The notes beneath the pieces are model-generated. The model saw only the letters and a program-made list of their open reading frames with translations, ran no database searches and was not told the origin of the DNA. DNA of 64,000 bases, from IMG/VR virus record IMGVR_UViG_3300048065_001264, positions 13,815 to 77,814 of that record; one strand, given 5' to 3'. This DNA is from a virus. Each line of letters opens with the position of its first letter. Positions within the stretch are counted from its first letter, which is position 1. Both the position numbers and the translations under genes were made by a program. Shown here one piece after another: positions 1 to 9,807 of this stretch.

Positions 1-126
1 TGTAGTTTCTTGTGTAGTTTCTTGTGTAGTTGTTGACTGAGAAATCTTTCTTGCTTCAGCTGCATCTCTTTCAAGTTGTTCACGAACTTGTTGTGGTATC
101 TCTATATTATTATCTTCGTTTGCCAT
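1..126 (-). CDS. 5' end of a gene running off the window (MANEDNNIEIPQQVREQLERDAAEARKISQSTTTQETTQETT...); unknown, possibly a baseplate hub/tail assembly protein by position
   Basis: ATG at 126-124, open frame to the window edge, short TTQE tandem repeat; not in the ORF track. Confidence 0.6.
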   Translation of the reverse strand, partial: MANEDNNIEIPQQVREQLERDAAEARKISQSTTTQETTQETT

Positions 127-223
127 AATTGTAACCTTTTATTTTTAAATATCAGTATAATATATACCAATATATATACATATACAAGAATAAAAATTTT
201 GAACAAAAAATCAAAATTTTTTA

Positions 224-565
224 TTAAATATCAGCAAGGGCAAATTGTAAAATCTTTTTGTGATCTTTGTATGCAAAGAAATCACTTTTCTTTTTACCCT
301 TCCACACTTTATTTAAAGTAACACCTAACTTCATATCGTTGAAAACAATTTTTTTACCACTTGCAGTTTGGAACATCATTCTACCAGTAGAGTTATCGAT
401 ATCGTAGTTTTTTAAAAACTTACCAACTTGTACTTGTTTTAATAAGAACTTTGCAAGTTTTCCGTATGCATCACTTAATCCCTCTAACTGCAATTCAGTT
501 TGCTTTTCATTGAGCACTTCTTCGTATATTTTCAATATGCTTGATTTTAATTTATTTACTTCCAC
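224..565 (-). CDS. hypothetical protein
   Basis: ORF 224..589; start more likely GTG at 565, 4 nt downstream of an ATATTTAT motif. Confidence 0.6.
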   Translation of the reverse strand: MEVNKLKSSILKIYEEVLNEKQTELQLEGLSDAYGKLAKFLLKQVQVGKFLKNYDIDNSTGRMMFQTASGKKIVFNDMKLGVTLNKVWKGKKKSDFFAYKDHKKILQFALADI

Positions 566-569
566 TCTG

Positions 570-577
570 ATAAATAT
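570..577 (-). promoter_or_regulatory. putative phage late promoter ATATTTAT (representative site)
   Basis: Same 8-mer upstream of genes at 1174, 1224, 1964, 4780, 8263/8269, 11202, 13945 (variant), 16706/16718, 20925, 27746, 33936, 40105, 42367, 43369, 62253. Confidence 0.7.
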
Positions 578-587
578 ATACATAAAC

Positions 588-619
588 AAAAAAAAAAACT
601 CCCATACGGGAGTTTTTTT
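588..619. terminator. bidirectional intrinsic terminator after the tail tube gene
   Basis: A-tract-CTCCC-ATAC-GGGAG-T-tract. Confidence 0.85.
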
Positions 620-643
620 AAAACTGGATATGATGTTTTGTTC

Positions 644-1135
644 TTAGTATTGAAGGATTGCGTAATCGTATGCAATATCTAAATCAACAGTAGCAACATC
701 ACCTGTTGTCCAATCTAATGGAGAGAATGTTGTACCTGCAACGAACGCACCCTTAATTGTCCATTCTTCGACATAGTCACCGACCGGTCCAAGAACAACA
801 ATTGTTAAATCTTTTTTGTAGAAGTCTGCGTAACCATTTCTACCTGTTACAGACTCATGTGAAAGACGAACCCATTCCATAGCTGCTTGAGCCGCACTTG
901 GAACGATTGGGTCATACATACCCATGCTGATGTTATTCCACTCTGCTTTACCTGCACGAACTTTACGTTTGATATTGATGTGGTCTAATGTGTTAACATC
1001 GATTGTAATGTTTGGTCTATCGACATTTTTAATTAAATATGCTGGAACACCGTCCATATACATAATAAAACGATTTGCTGTTTTAGGTTCAAATGCCGTA
1101 AAAAACATTTCTTGTGTTTCTACTACTTGTGCCAT
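644..1135 (-). CDS. gp19: tail tube protein (T4 gp19-like)
   Basis: FEPKxxNRF, W-x-x-I-x-x-x-x-YDP, YKKD, EEWTIKGAF, LDW and YDYA motifs; near the sheath gene; GGAG RBS. Confidence 0.92.
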   Translation of the reverse strand: MAQVVETQEMFFTAFEPKTANRFIMYMDGVPAYLIKNVDRPNITIDVNTLDHINIKRKVRAGKAEWNNISMGMYDPIVPSAAQAAMEWVRLSHESVTGRNGYADFYKKDLTIVVLGPVGDYVEEWTIKGAFVAGTTFSPLDWTTGDVATVDLDIAYDYAILQY

Positions 1136-1254
1136 ATTATTATTTCTCCAGTTTTAGTGTTTTTATATTAATGATAAATATTAGTCAGAAAACCGAAAAT
1201 TACGTTTAATGACCTGTTATTGTATAAATATTCAGTTACTCAAAAAAAATATAT

Positions 1255-1959
1255 TTATTTATCCTTTCTTAATTTCTTTCCGACAAGTTTTGCCGATCCG
1301 TATAATACTGCTCCGATAAATTGAATGTGTTGCGGGCCTGGCCAAGGAAATGACAATCCCATTACACCAGTTGCGAACAGCATTAACAATGCCATTCCTT
1401 CTGGTCCAGCAAATAAAGTTGATAATCTAAAACCACCACCCAGTGCACTTATCATATCTGCCATGTCGAAGTCATAATCTGCATTACCTGTGAACGTCAT
1501 ATTTAACCAAATGTAAATTAACAATCCAGCTACAACTACACCAGCAATTTTTTTAGTACGAGGATGTTTCGCAAGAAAATCGTCAAGTGCTTTGAGTTTC
1601 TCCTCGGTCCACTTTCCAACTTTTGTACTTGCTACATATTCCCCAATTGCCTTGATAATATCTTTGTATGCTTTAAATCCTTTCTTAACAAGTTTAAACA
1701 AATAACTCATACTAAACTTTATTTTAGCAAAAAATTTAAAAACTACTTTGTCTAAAAACAGTTTAACCAAATCAACTAATTTTACAGATACTTTTTCTTT
1801 TAAGTCTTTTATGAATGACCATATTGATTTTAGTTTTGAAGGTATTACCAATTCATTAATTAAACTTGTATCACAATCTAGTTTATGTTCTTTAACGAAA
1901 CGAACAAATTCGTCATATTGAATATCCGTATAAATTGATTGTAAACTAGTTTCTTGCAT
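1255..1959 (-). CDS. hypothetical membrane protein
   Basis: Several hydrophobic segments in the C-terminal half; likely start ATG at 1959 just after an ATATTTAT motif (ORF track start 1965). Confidence 0.7.
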   Translation of the reverse strand: MQETSLQSIYTDIQYDEFVRFVKEHKLDCDTSLINELVIPSKLKSIWSFIKDLKEKVSVKLVDLVKLFLDKVVFKFFAKIKFSMSYLFKLVKKGFKAYKDIIKAIGEYVASTKVGKWTEEKLKALDDFLAKHPRTKKIAGVVVAGLLIYIWLNMTFTGNADYDFDMADMISALGGGFRLSTLFAGPEGMALLMLFATGVMGLSFPWPGPQHIQFIGAVLYGSAKLVGKKLRKDK

Positions 1960-1981
1960 AAGCATAAATATATATCAAATC

Positions 1982-2016
1982 AAAAAAAAACCCCCCACTT
2001 CTGAAGAAGTGAGGGG
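1982..2016 (-). terminator. intrinsic terminator after the tail sheath gene
   Basis: CCCC-CACTTC/GAAGTG-GGGG stem followed by a U9 tract on the minus strand. Confidence 0.8.
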
Positions 2017-2041
2017 CTACACCTTTGCACCTATCTACAAA

Positions 2042-4720
2042 TTAACCTTCAAAACTTGCACCGGTCGATTGCAATGTGAAATCAAGAACGATGAATTCAA
2101 CTGCACGGGCAGGTTGTAAGAAAATCTGTCCATAAAGAATGTTTCTGTCAATCAAGTCCGGAGTGTTGTTAGACTCATCCATAATTACACGAAAAGCATA
2201 TAGACCATGTCTTTGTTGGACATTTTCTAAGTATGGATTAACAATACTCAAGAATCTTTGACGTGTTGCAGTAACATTTTGTTCAAAAATTAAGTATCTT
2301 GCAGAACTTGCAATAAACTTCTTAACAGTAATAAGCAAACGACGTACATTAACTCTATCCAACGCACTTGAACGACGTTGAAGAGTTTTTTGACCGAATG
2401 CCACGATACCTTGACCAGGGAAAGCCGCAATAGGATTAACTTTACCTTCATACAATGTATCCCTTTCTGCAAATGTAAGACGATCCATTACTGATACTGC
2501 TTGTTCAAGACCACCACGATTCAAACCCGCAGGTGCGAACCACTCTGCAGCCACCTTGTCATTAGCCGCATACACAGATGCCATCAACGAACTTGGTGGG
2601 AATGGCATTAACTTGTTTGTCGCAGGATCAATAATTTTAACCCAAGGGTAATAAGTAGCTGCATAATTTGTATCAATTGTAGAAGCTTCGGCAACTGCAT
2701 CGTCAACACGACCTGGTTGGTCTTTTGCACTTACGCAATCAAGAATGTAAAAGCAATCTTCTCGGTTTTCACAAAGATCAACACCACGATTTACAACTGA
2801 TCTATGAAGATCAAGACTTAAACCAGGTGTCACGATAAGGTTGATATCAAACTCGTCTTGGTTACTAAGAGCAGCGAATGCACTCATATATGCGATTGTA
2901 CCATTTGATGTTCGTTTAGAACAATCCATACCTTGAACATTTGTTGCAGTAATGTCTTTACCAAGATTAATTGGATGTGTTGGAGCATGACCATCAAATC
3001 CACCTTGAAATCCTACCACAAATCTTCTAAGTTTTGCAATTTCTGTTTCTTGTGTTAAAGAAGGATTCGTATCGATAGCATCAACATAAAATGTTTCACG
3101 TTCTCCGTCAACTTCTTCTACATAACTACCAGGACGATCCATATAATATCCTTCACCCGAATCATCAGAACTTCTTGGAAGTGGTGCGAATAACTCAACG
3201 GTATCTTTGGCAGACATAGGAAGTTCTAAAATCCCATCAGGAGAATCTTGATTAAAGACTGCACCGTTATAGTATCTTCCAGGATTTCTTCCATATTGAG
3301 AAGCATGACTATAAATTGGATTTGGAACTGAAACTCCTGCGATTGGAGCCATGTATGAACCATGACCATATGGCATTGCCTGTGATGGGGCAACACTGTC
3401 TGGGTTCATCTCTACACGAATCCAATTACTTGAATTTGCGTAGTCACCGTGATCAGTAAGTTTTCCTTTGTTATCAATAGTTGTGAAACGATCACCACAT
3501 ACACGTGGTAAATAACGTGGTGAATTTGGATCAAGGGTTACATTATCATATGATTCAATAATATTTTGATTTTTATCGTTATCGGCAAATCCACGCACCA
3601 ATAAATCAAATGTACCGTAATCAGAACCCTGCACGGAACCAGGAGTACGGATATTAGAAATCGCAATTTTTAATTCACGATTTGCAGATGTACCCATGTT
3701 ACGAGTCCATACCTTAAAAAGATCATATCTACGACCACTTATTTCCTGTGACTGAATCCACGGTGTGTTTGCAGGACGACATGAATACGATCCAGTACCC
3801 ATACCAAACGGAACTGCATCCCCTTTAAAATTTAATGAACCTTCTGTTTCATCGGCATCGATAATATCACCACCAATTTCTGTTGTGCATTCAATTCTAT
3901 ATTTTACACCTGCATACAAATTATTATAAACACGTGCCTGTGCATTCTCGAAGTAAGCATGAAAATATGCAGGTTCTATATTTTTCTTTGGTGCTCTTCC
4001 AAAAATATTTTGAAGACTATTTGGATCACGTGGGTCGATTGAAAATACATAATCACTTGCAATTAAATTTCCATTTATATCTGTTTTTACATATATAACT
4101 TCTTGATCCTCTAGTGTACCAGGATTTCCGTCTTCATCAACAGTAGTTCTAAGGTGAAGTGAAGTTTGAAAGTTAGACTCAGCATTTTCTTCTCCTGTAT
4201 CAGGATCAATAGAAAGAACATCGTGATAAACTAAATTTGAACTTGGGTCTGTGAATGAACCTAAGAATCCACTATCATCTTCAACTGGTTCACTTGAATT
4301 TGATCTTTGGTATAGTGTGTTTGCCAAAATACCGATCACGGTTTCATCGCCTACGTTTACATCACACGAACCACTTCCATAAGTTTCTTCGTATTTTGCA
4401 CAATCAACTTCTTCTACTTTTGCATAAATTACCAAACCGTTTTTCTGCTCGTATCCTCCGAGAGATCCTGTTCTCACAATAGTAACAACTCCTTGGTGTT
4501 GTAAATACTCTCTTGCGGTAAATGGTTGATAATATGTTCCTTCTGGTGCACCAAATAAATCGACTAAGTCTCCTTGATTACGCACAACGGTAGGTGCAAA
4601 CGCAGGACCTCGTGTAAAAGGACCCACAACGGCTCCTCCTATTTGTTGAATTCCTTGCGTTAAAAAGGTCTGATCGATTTCGTTGGTGAATACTGCTGGA
4701 CTTACAATTCTTTCTGCCAT
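2042..4720 (-). CDS. gp18: contractile tail sheath protein (gp18-like)
   Basis: N-terminal SPAVFTNEID, YAATYYPW, WFAPAGLNRG, VNPI, GQKTLQ, RVNVRRL, EFIVLDF. Confidence 0.95.
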   Translation of the reverse strand: MAERIVSPAVFTNEIDQTFLTQGIQQIGGAVVGPFTRGPAFAPTVVRNQGDLVDLFGAPEGTYYQPFTAREYLQHQGVVTIVRTGSLGGYEQKNGLVIYAKVEEVDCAKYEETYGSGSCDVNVGDETVIGILANTLYQRSNSSEPVEDDSGFLGSFTDPSSNLVYHDVLSIDPDTGEENAESNFQTSLHLRTTVDEDGNPGTLEDQEVIYVKTDINGNLIASDYVFSIDPRDPNSLQNIFGRAPKKNIEPAYFHAYFENAQARVYNNLYAGVKYRIECTTEIGGDIIDADETEGSLNFKGDAVPFGMGTGSYSCRPANTPWIQSQEISGRRYDLFKVWTRNMGTSANRELKIAISNIRTPGSVQGSDYGTFDLLVRGFADNDKNQNIIESYDNVTLDPNSPRYLPRVCGDRFTTIDNKGKLTDHGDYANSSNWIRVEMNPDSVAPSQAMPYGHGSYMAPIAGVSVPNPIYSHASQYGRNPGRYYNGAVFNQDSPDGILELPMSAKDTVELFAPLPRSSDDSGEGYYMDRPGSYVEEVDGERETFYVDAIDTNPSLTQETEIAKLRRFVVGFQGGFDGHAPTHPINLGKDITATNVQGMDCSKRTSNGTIAYMSAFAALSNQDEFDINLIVTPGLSLDLHRSVVNRGVDLCENREDCFYILDCVSAKDQPGRVDDAVAEASTIDTNYAATYYPWVKIIDPATNKLMPFPPSSLMASVYAANDKVAAEWFAPAGLNRGGLEQAVSVMDRLTFAERDTLYEGKVNPIAAFPGQGIVAFGQKTLQRRSSALDRVNVRRLLITVKKFIASSARYLIFEQNVTATRQRFLSIVNPYLENVQQRHGLYAFRVIMDESNNTPDLIDRNILYGQIFLQPARAVEFIVLDFTLQSTGASFEG

Positions 4721-4823
4721 CTGAATGTTCTCCTATAAATGGGTTAATGTTGTTGGGAAAGTTTTTTTACTTTTTTGATATAAATATACTATAAAAATTT
4801 GAAACCTCTATATTTAATCATTT

Positions 4824-5102
4824 TTATTCTTTAATAAAAGACGAAGTTTCAAAGTCAACTTTACCTTTTCCGTATTTTTTATTCATACGAACTCTGAAAT
4901 TGTATTCTTTTTTTTCTACTTCTGTATACGCAAGATTACATTCATCCTCAAGTTTTTCTAAATTCTTAATCTCTTCGGTATGATAATATTTTTTTACGTG
5001 AACTTGACCTAAATCGATCAATACATTTTGAAAGTCAGTATTTATTTCTACTAACTCTGATTCTTCTTCGGATGTTAATTTTATGTCATTATTTTTTTCC
5101 AT
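4824..5102 (-). CDS. small coiled-coil hypothetical protein
   Basis: ORF 4824..5138; likely start ATG at 5102 directly after a sigma70-like promoter. Confidence 0.65.
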   Translation of the reverse strand: MEKNNDIKLTSEEESELVEINTDFQNVLIDLGQVHVKKYYHTEEIKNLEKLEDECNLAYTEVEKKEYNFRVRMNKKYGKGKVDFETSSFIKE

Positions 5103-5109
5103 AATAATA

Positions 5110-5138
5110 ATGATAAACGATTTAACTACAATATTCAA
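5110..5138 (-). promoter_or_regulatory. sigma70-like promoter
   Basis: TTGAAT-17 nt-TATCAT, 7 nt upstream of ATG 5102. Confidence 0.55.
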
Positions 5139-5144
5139 GTATTA

Positions 5145-6410
5145 TTATTGTACTTTTAATGTAAACATATCAACATATTTTTTATGAGTTTTAAGTTGAT
5201 ATGTTTTATTTCCACTTACAAAATATATTTCTTCATTTTTTCGTAAATATACTTCACTTTCTTCATAGTCCCATATTAAATAAGGATCATTTTCATTTTC
5301 TTCATTCAAACTTATTCTGTATGCTTCATTTGTAGTTTCTATTGTATAATATTCCTCGTCTTTTCTTAGTCTCACATCATACTCTAAAACAGAATCATCA
5401 TCTACACTCAATGTATTATTTAAACGATCAAGAATTCTTATTTTTGCACCAACCTCAACCGATCTTCTTGAGTCAATAGAATTTACTAAATTATTTGTAA
5501 GACGAGGATCATCACTCGCAACTGCTTCAGTTCCCCATAGCACTTTTCGTTTACTAACTTGACGAGTCGCAGTCATTCTATCATCAAAAACTTCAGGTAT
5601 TAAATATGCATTGACATTCATTGAAAAGGTAGTAGATACATTTCTATCATCATCAGAAGATGATTCGACCGTGTTTGAAAAAGAATCTATTGATGTTCTA
5701 AATTTTAGTTTTTTAGGATCACCCCAATAATCATCACTTGCAAAGTTTATTTTCTCTACAAGTTGATTCATTTGTTCCACATAATCTGTATTGATTGTAA
5801 AATCGTAGGTTAATATTACATGATCAGGAAATGTAATATTATGTACTTCATATACCGGTTGCATATCATTCAAAATACTGAACTTATCGTACATATTTTT
5901 TGAATCAAACTTTTTGATAAAAGGAGCAGAAAGATATTTGTTAAAATGAATGAAATTGTCATCACGTGACATGGAAGTACGAGTAAAAATAATCATAGGT
6001 CTTTGTATCTGACCTTTTTTATCACGATAAACTCCATCGTTTCTTATTGCACTCCACTTTTCAGGTGAAGCATGACGAACAGGCACATTTATTATACTAC
6101 CGTTTGTATCTAAAACTTGTGGTCTTATTACATTTATAAAATACTCGTATATTATATTATCTATATCAAGCAATGTAATAGCATAACTTTCAAGTGAATT
6201 TGTGGTTTCACCCATTTTAAGTTTTTCTGCCCTTTCATCGGAATATAAACTATGATGAGACTTTTTAAGATTTGAACGATAAGAATCGTTATCTACATTG
6301 GGTGGTAATGTATTTAATTCTGCTTTAAAGTTTTGAGAAGTTTCTGTCTTATTAGGAGATAACTTTTTTAAAGTAATAAATGGATTGGTAACTTTTTCGT
6401 AATTACTCAT
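5145..6410 (-). CDS. tail terminator/sheath stabiliser-like neck protein (gp15-like) with a C-terminal extension
   Basis: VPVRHASPEKW, QRPMIIFTRTS, Y-x-F-x-I-x-T-x-YVEQMNQLVE pattern; follows the gp13/gp14-like genes. Confidence 0.7.
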   Translation of the reverse strand: MSNYEKVTNPFITLKKLSPNKTETSQNFKAELNTLPPNVDNDSYRSNLKKSHHSLYSDERAEKLKMGETTNSLESYAITLLDIDNIIYEYFINVIRPQVLDTNGSIINVPVRHASPEKWSAIRNDGVYRDKKGQIQRPMIIFTRTSMSRDDNFIHFNKYLSAPFIKKFDSKNMYDKFSILNDMQPVYEVHNITFPDHVILTYDFTINTDYVEQMNQLVEKINFASDDYWGDPKKLKFRTSIDSFSNTVESSSDDDRNVSTTFSMNVNAYLIPEVFDDRMTATRQVSKRKVLWGTEAVASDDPRLTNNLVNSIDSRRSVEVGAKIRILDRLNNTLSVDDDSVLEYDVRLRKDEEYYTIETTNEAYRISLNEENENDPYLIWDYEESEVYLRKNEEIYFVSGNKTYQLKTHKKYVDMFTLKVQ

Positions 6411-6874
6411 AATTCTCTGTCTACTATATTCAATCTACTCAACCGACTTAAATGTGCATTGCACAATAAACTATAATTTTTTTCAGGTTGACCACCAAGA
6501 AACTGGTTTTCTGCCACTTGATCAATTTCAAAATAACTATTTTCCCAAAAAACAATATCACCAACTTCTGCATACATTCCCTTGATCTCACACAATTTTT
6601 GATGAAACCTAAACAATGTACCTTTTTTGACATCAGGACCAAATCCTTCATATAATGTACTCCTTTGATCACTTTCTACTAAACAAGATGTCTCCACACC
6701 AGGATAGTAAAACTTATCAATTGATTCACCATATAAATTTGCAGAAGTTTCATTTGGATTTATTTTGTAAAGAATTACAGTTTGTTCAATGATGTCTTTT
6801 AATAATTCACCATTTATACTATTCATCATTCTCACATCTCTACGAGAAAAATATCTACCACGTGATCTTTCCAT
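6407..6874 (-). CDS. head closure/neck protein (gp14-like)
   Basis: NLYGES, FG, GDIVFW..YFEI motifs; position. Confidence 0.75.
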   Translation of the reverse strand: MERSRGRYFSRRDVRMMNSINGELLKDIIEQTVILYKINPNETSANLYGESIDKFYYPGVETSCLVESDQRSTLYEGFGPDVKKGTLFRFHQKLCEIKGMYAEVGDIVFWENSYFEIDQVAENQFLGGQPEKNYSLLCNAHLSRLSRLNIVDREL

Positions 6875-6875
6875 A

Positions 6876-8261
6876 TTATCCTATGTACAAAAAGTTAGGA
6901 ACTTTTTTGAGGTTTTCTTGTAAATTATCTGCAACTTGATTTAACGACTCACTTGTTGTACTGCGACTTGTAACTTCCAAATCTTCACGAAGTTCTGTGA
7001 TTAATTGTTCTTTTTCTGTGGCTGCTTCACTTCTCAATGCATCACCATCCAATGAAGTTTCTCCACCTGGAATCGGAATACTTTGATATTTTGCTCGTAT
7101 TGAACCAAGTAATTCTTTACACAAAGCAAGATAATATTTCATTATCCATCGTTTTCCCACATCATTAATTGTTGCGAAGTTATGAAATTGATAAGGAACA
7201 TTACTAAAATCCGTAACACTTCCGTCTGGATATATATCACATGATTCATTTGTTATAGAATTTGTGTTGTGTGATGCGTGTGGGTTACCATTATTATCAA
7301 CTACGACCTGCTCTTTTGTTTCCTCACTAACTTGTGTTTGTGTTTTTGGAATTACATTAAAGTCATCTGCATCAACATAACCTTGAACGGCTGCCATATC
7401 TCTTTCTCGTTTAAAAACATAATCAAACCACAATGTATAATCCTTTTCAGGTATTGGAAATAGTGTCAACTTGTTATTTATTAATTCAAAACTATATGCA
7501 CTCCTACGAACACTTTCGTTAAATTCAATAGCTTGTAGTCTCATTATATCCTCATTTAAAGGTCTTAACAAAAATTGAGAACCTGCGATTGACATATTAC
7601 CCCACCCAAATTCATTCATAACTGTTTGGTGAGTCATACCAGATGCAATAGGATCATATATTTTATTTAAACTAGGTGGTGCGTCATGAAATATTCTTTT
7701 TACTTCTATTGGTTCTTTTCTAACTTGACCCGTCTTTGCATCTTTATAGCAATGCTCAAACAAACCTTGTAAGTCATATGTCTGAACACCTTTTTTAACT
7801 TTTAAACTTGCTTTTCTCCAATCTACATTTCCACCAGCACCTACTTCTGCTCCATAAGCTTCCGATAATTTTAGATAAAATGGTAAAGGTTGTGTTTGTA
7901 AAACAGATGTCGTCAAATTTACATCGGTTGAAGTTCCACGCAAACTAAACAAATTCTGCTTTATAGAGAATTGATTAACTTGAGCACTATATTCAGTAAC
8001 TGCTTCTTCAAAACAAGCATAAAACTGAATGTCTATCATCTCAACATCAACTATAGGGTATCCTAGTCGTTTTGCAGCCCAATCCGCTGCTTTAGGTGCA
8101 AACGAAGTGAATTGTACATCTCCGTCAAAAAAACCAAATGGTGTTTTTCCTATTGGTGACGATGTTTTACCTTCCCATCTAATTCTCTCAAGTTCATAAC
8201 CATTTGAAGTTTCTTCAGAATTATTACTTGTGTTCTCTTCAGTTTCGTTGTTGTCTTCCAT
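6876..8261 (-). CDS. neck/head-tail adaptor protein (gp13-like)
   Basis: RLGYPIVDVE, W-x-x-KYYLALCKE-x-LG-x-IR-x-KY, PGG-x-x-x-LDG motifs; downstream of the MCP gene. Confidence 0.85.
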   Translation of the reverse strand: MEDNNETEENTSNNSEETSNGYELERIRWEGKTSSPIGKTPFGFFDGDVQFTSFAPKAADWAAKRLGYPIVDVEMIDIQFYACFEEAVTEYSAQVNQFSIKQNLFSLRGTSTDVNLTTSVLQTQPLPFYLKLSEAYGAEVGAGGNVDWRKASLKVKKGVQTYDLQGLFEHCYKDAKTGQVRKEPIEVKRIFHDAPPSLNKIYDPIASGMTHQTVMNEFGWGNMSIAGSQFLLRPLNEDIMRLQAIEFNESVRRSAYSFELINNKLTLFPIPEKDYTLWFDYVFKRERDMAAVQGYVDADDFNVIPKTQTQVSEETKEQVVVDNNGNPHASHNTNSITNESCDIYPDGSVTDFSNVPYQFHNFATINDVGKRWIMKYYLALCKELLGSIRAKYQSIPIPGGETSLDGDALRSEAATEKEQLITELREDLEVTSRSTTSESLNQVADNLQENLKKVPNFLYIG

Positions 8262-8303
8262 GATAAATATAAATATTACTCACCACCTATAATCGTTATA
8301 AAT

Positions 8304-8331
8304 AAAAGAGGGGTTCAAAAGAACCCCTCTT
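8304..8331 (-). terminator. intrinsic terminator after the major capsid gene
   Basis: AAGAGGGGTTC-AAAA-GAACCCCTCTT perfect 11-bp stem. Confidence 0.85.
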
Positions 8332-8358
8332 AAATTTTGTTTGGTTATACCGGATAAC

Positions 8359-9774
8359 TTACACTTGGTCGTAATTAATGACCGATAGTTTTCCGTAGAA
8401 CTCAGGACGAACCATCTTCTTAGCATAACGAGTCATTACTCCACGACGTGGTGTGAAGTTAACTGGATCGTACACCAATGGTGTTTGAATCAATGGAATG
8501 TATGGAGCATAAACCGCACCTGTTTCGAGGAAGTTTGTTCCACGGAATCCAACGAGAACCTCACCGGCTGTCATGTATGGATTCTTGTATACTTGGAAAC
8601 GATTGTTTAATGCACCTACCTTGGTGACACCCATAGCAAACTGAGACTGATTTCCATCAGTATCAACAGAATAACCAGGAATACTTTCAAGGATTGTAGC
8701 AACTTGGGGGGAGCATACAAGGAAGTTTGCACCACCACGGAGAGTCAATTGGTGAATTTGGTTACTCACTTTTTGAATCTTTGTTCCGAGTTTTGCGAAC
8801 ATTGTGCCTTGTGTTTCACCACCGGTCAAGCCTTGAGCTGCGTCAAATGATCCACCGTCAACGTGTGCGTTAACCAAAAGCATATCAAGAATTTCCAAGT
8901 CAATTTCCATTGAAACGTACTCGGAAAGAAGAGAAGTCAATTCTGCTTCTGCGTCAATGCTATGATAAGCATTTAAGTCTTGTGCCAACTCTGGTGTCCA
9001 AACTGCTTTCAACTTACGTGTCTTTGCAACGATTGGTTCACTTTTGAGTTCCAAGTTGACTTCAGGAATTCCGATGTCTTTTTGGAGACCTGTGTCAGCT
9101 GCATCAGCAGATGCACCAAGATTGTCTTCAAAGTCACCACGTGTGATGTCAGTTGTAGCTGCGTGATAAGCAAGTTCACCTGCTTGTGTTGAGTTTCCGT
9201 CTGCATCAAGAACAAGAGCTGCTCCATCAACTGTAAATGCACGTACACCTTCTGCGTCTGCGTCTGATGGTAATGCATCACCAACTGCGATTGTAACAGT
9301 TTTATCGTTGATTGAGTATCCATGACGACCTGTGCCGTAAAGACCTCCTGTTGCTTCGTCAGTTGATCCAGGTTTTGAACCCGAACCACCGAAAAGACTT
9401 CCGCCTTTTCCTTGTGCAGTTTGATCTGTTCCATACTTAAAGTCTAAGTAGAAGATCAATCCAGACGGAAGATTCATTGGTTGAACCGAAACGAATTCTT
9501 TCGCTGCGATTTCTGCAAACACACGACGAACGAGAGGAAGTGCAACACCACTCCACTCTTCAGAACCTGAATCAGTTCCTGTACGTGAAGCCTCGTCAAT
9601 CAATTGCTTTGCTTGGTTTTCAAGAAGAATGGACATACCACTCTTTTCGGTATCAGTAGAGATACCTTCCAAAAGACCTGTCTTTTCCCACTTAGAAACA
9701 AGACCACGGGTTTCTGCCATGAGACGTGCTTGTGGATTTTGACAATCTTTTAATAGTTTACTAATTTCACTCAT
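8359..9774 (-). CDS. gp23: major capsid protein (gp23-like)
   Basis: LPLVRRVF, VQPMNLPSGLIFYL, AKTRKLKAVWTPELAQDL, YAPYIPL, RGVMTRY. Confidence 0.97.
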   Translation of the reverse strand: MSEISKLLKDCQNPQARLMAETRGLVSKWEKTGLLEGISTDTEKSGMSILLENQAKQLIDEASRTGTDSGSEEWSGVALPLVRRVFAEIAAKEFVSVQPMNLPSGLIFYLDFKYGTDQTAQGKGGSLFGGSGSKPGSTDEATGGLYGTGRHGYSINDKTVTIAVGDALPSDADAEGVRAFTVDGAALVLDADGNSTQAGELAYHAATTDITRGDFEDNLGASADAADTGLQKDIGIPEVNLELKSEPIVAKTRKLKAVWTPELAQDLNAYHSIDAEAELTSLLSEYVSMEIDLEILDMLLVNAHVDGGSFDAAQGLTGGETQGTMFAKLGTKIQKVSNQIHQLTLRGGANFLVCSPQVATILESIPGYSVDTDGNQSQFAMGVTKVGALNNRFQVYKNPYMTAGEVLVGFRGTNFLETGAVYAPYIPLIQTPLVYDPVNFTPRRGVMTRYAKKMVRPEFYGKLSVINYDQV

Positions 9775-9807
9775 TTTATTATTTCCTTAATTTTTTTAAC
9801 GGTTTAA

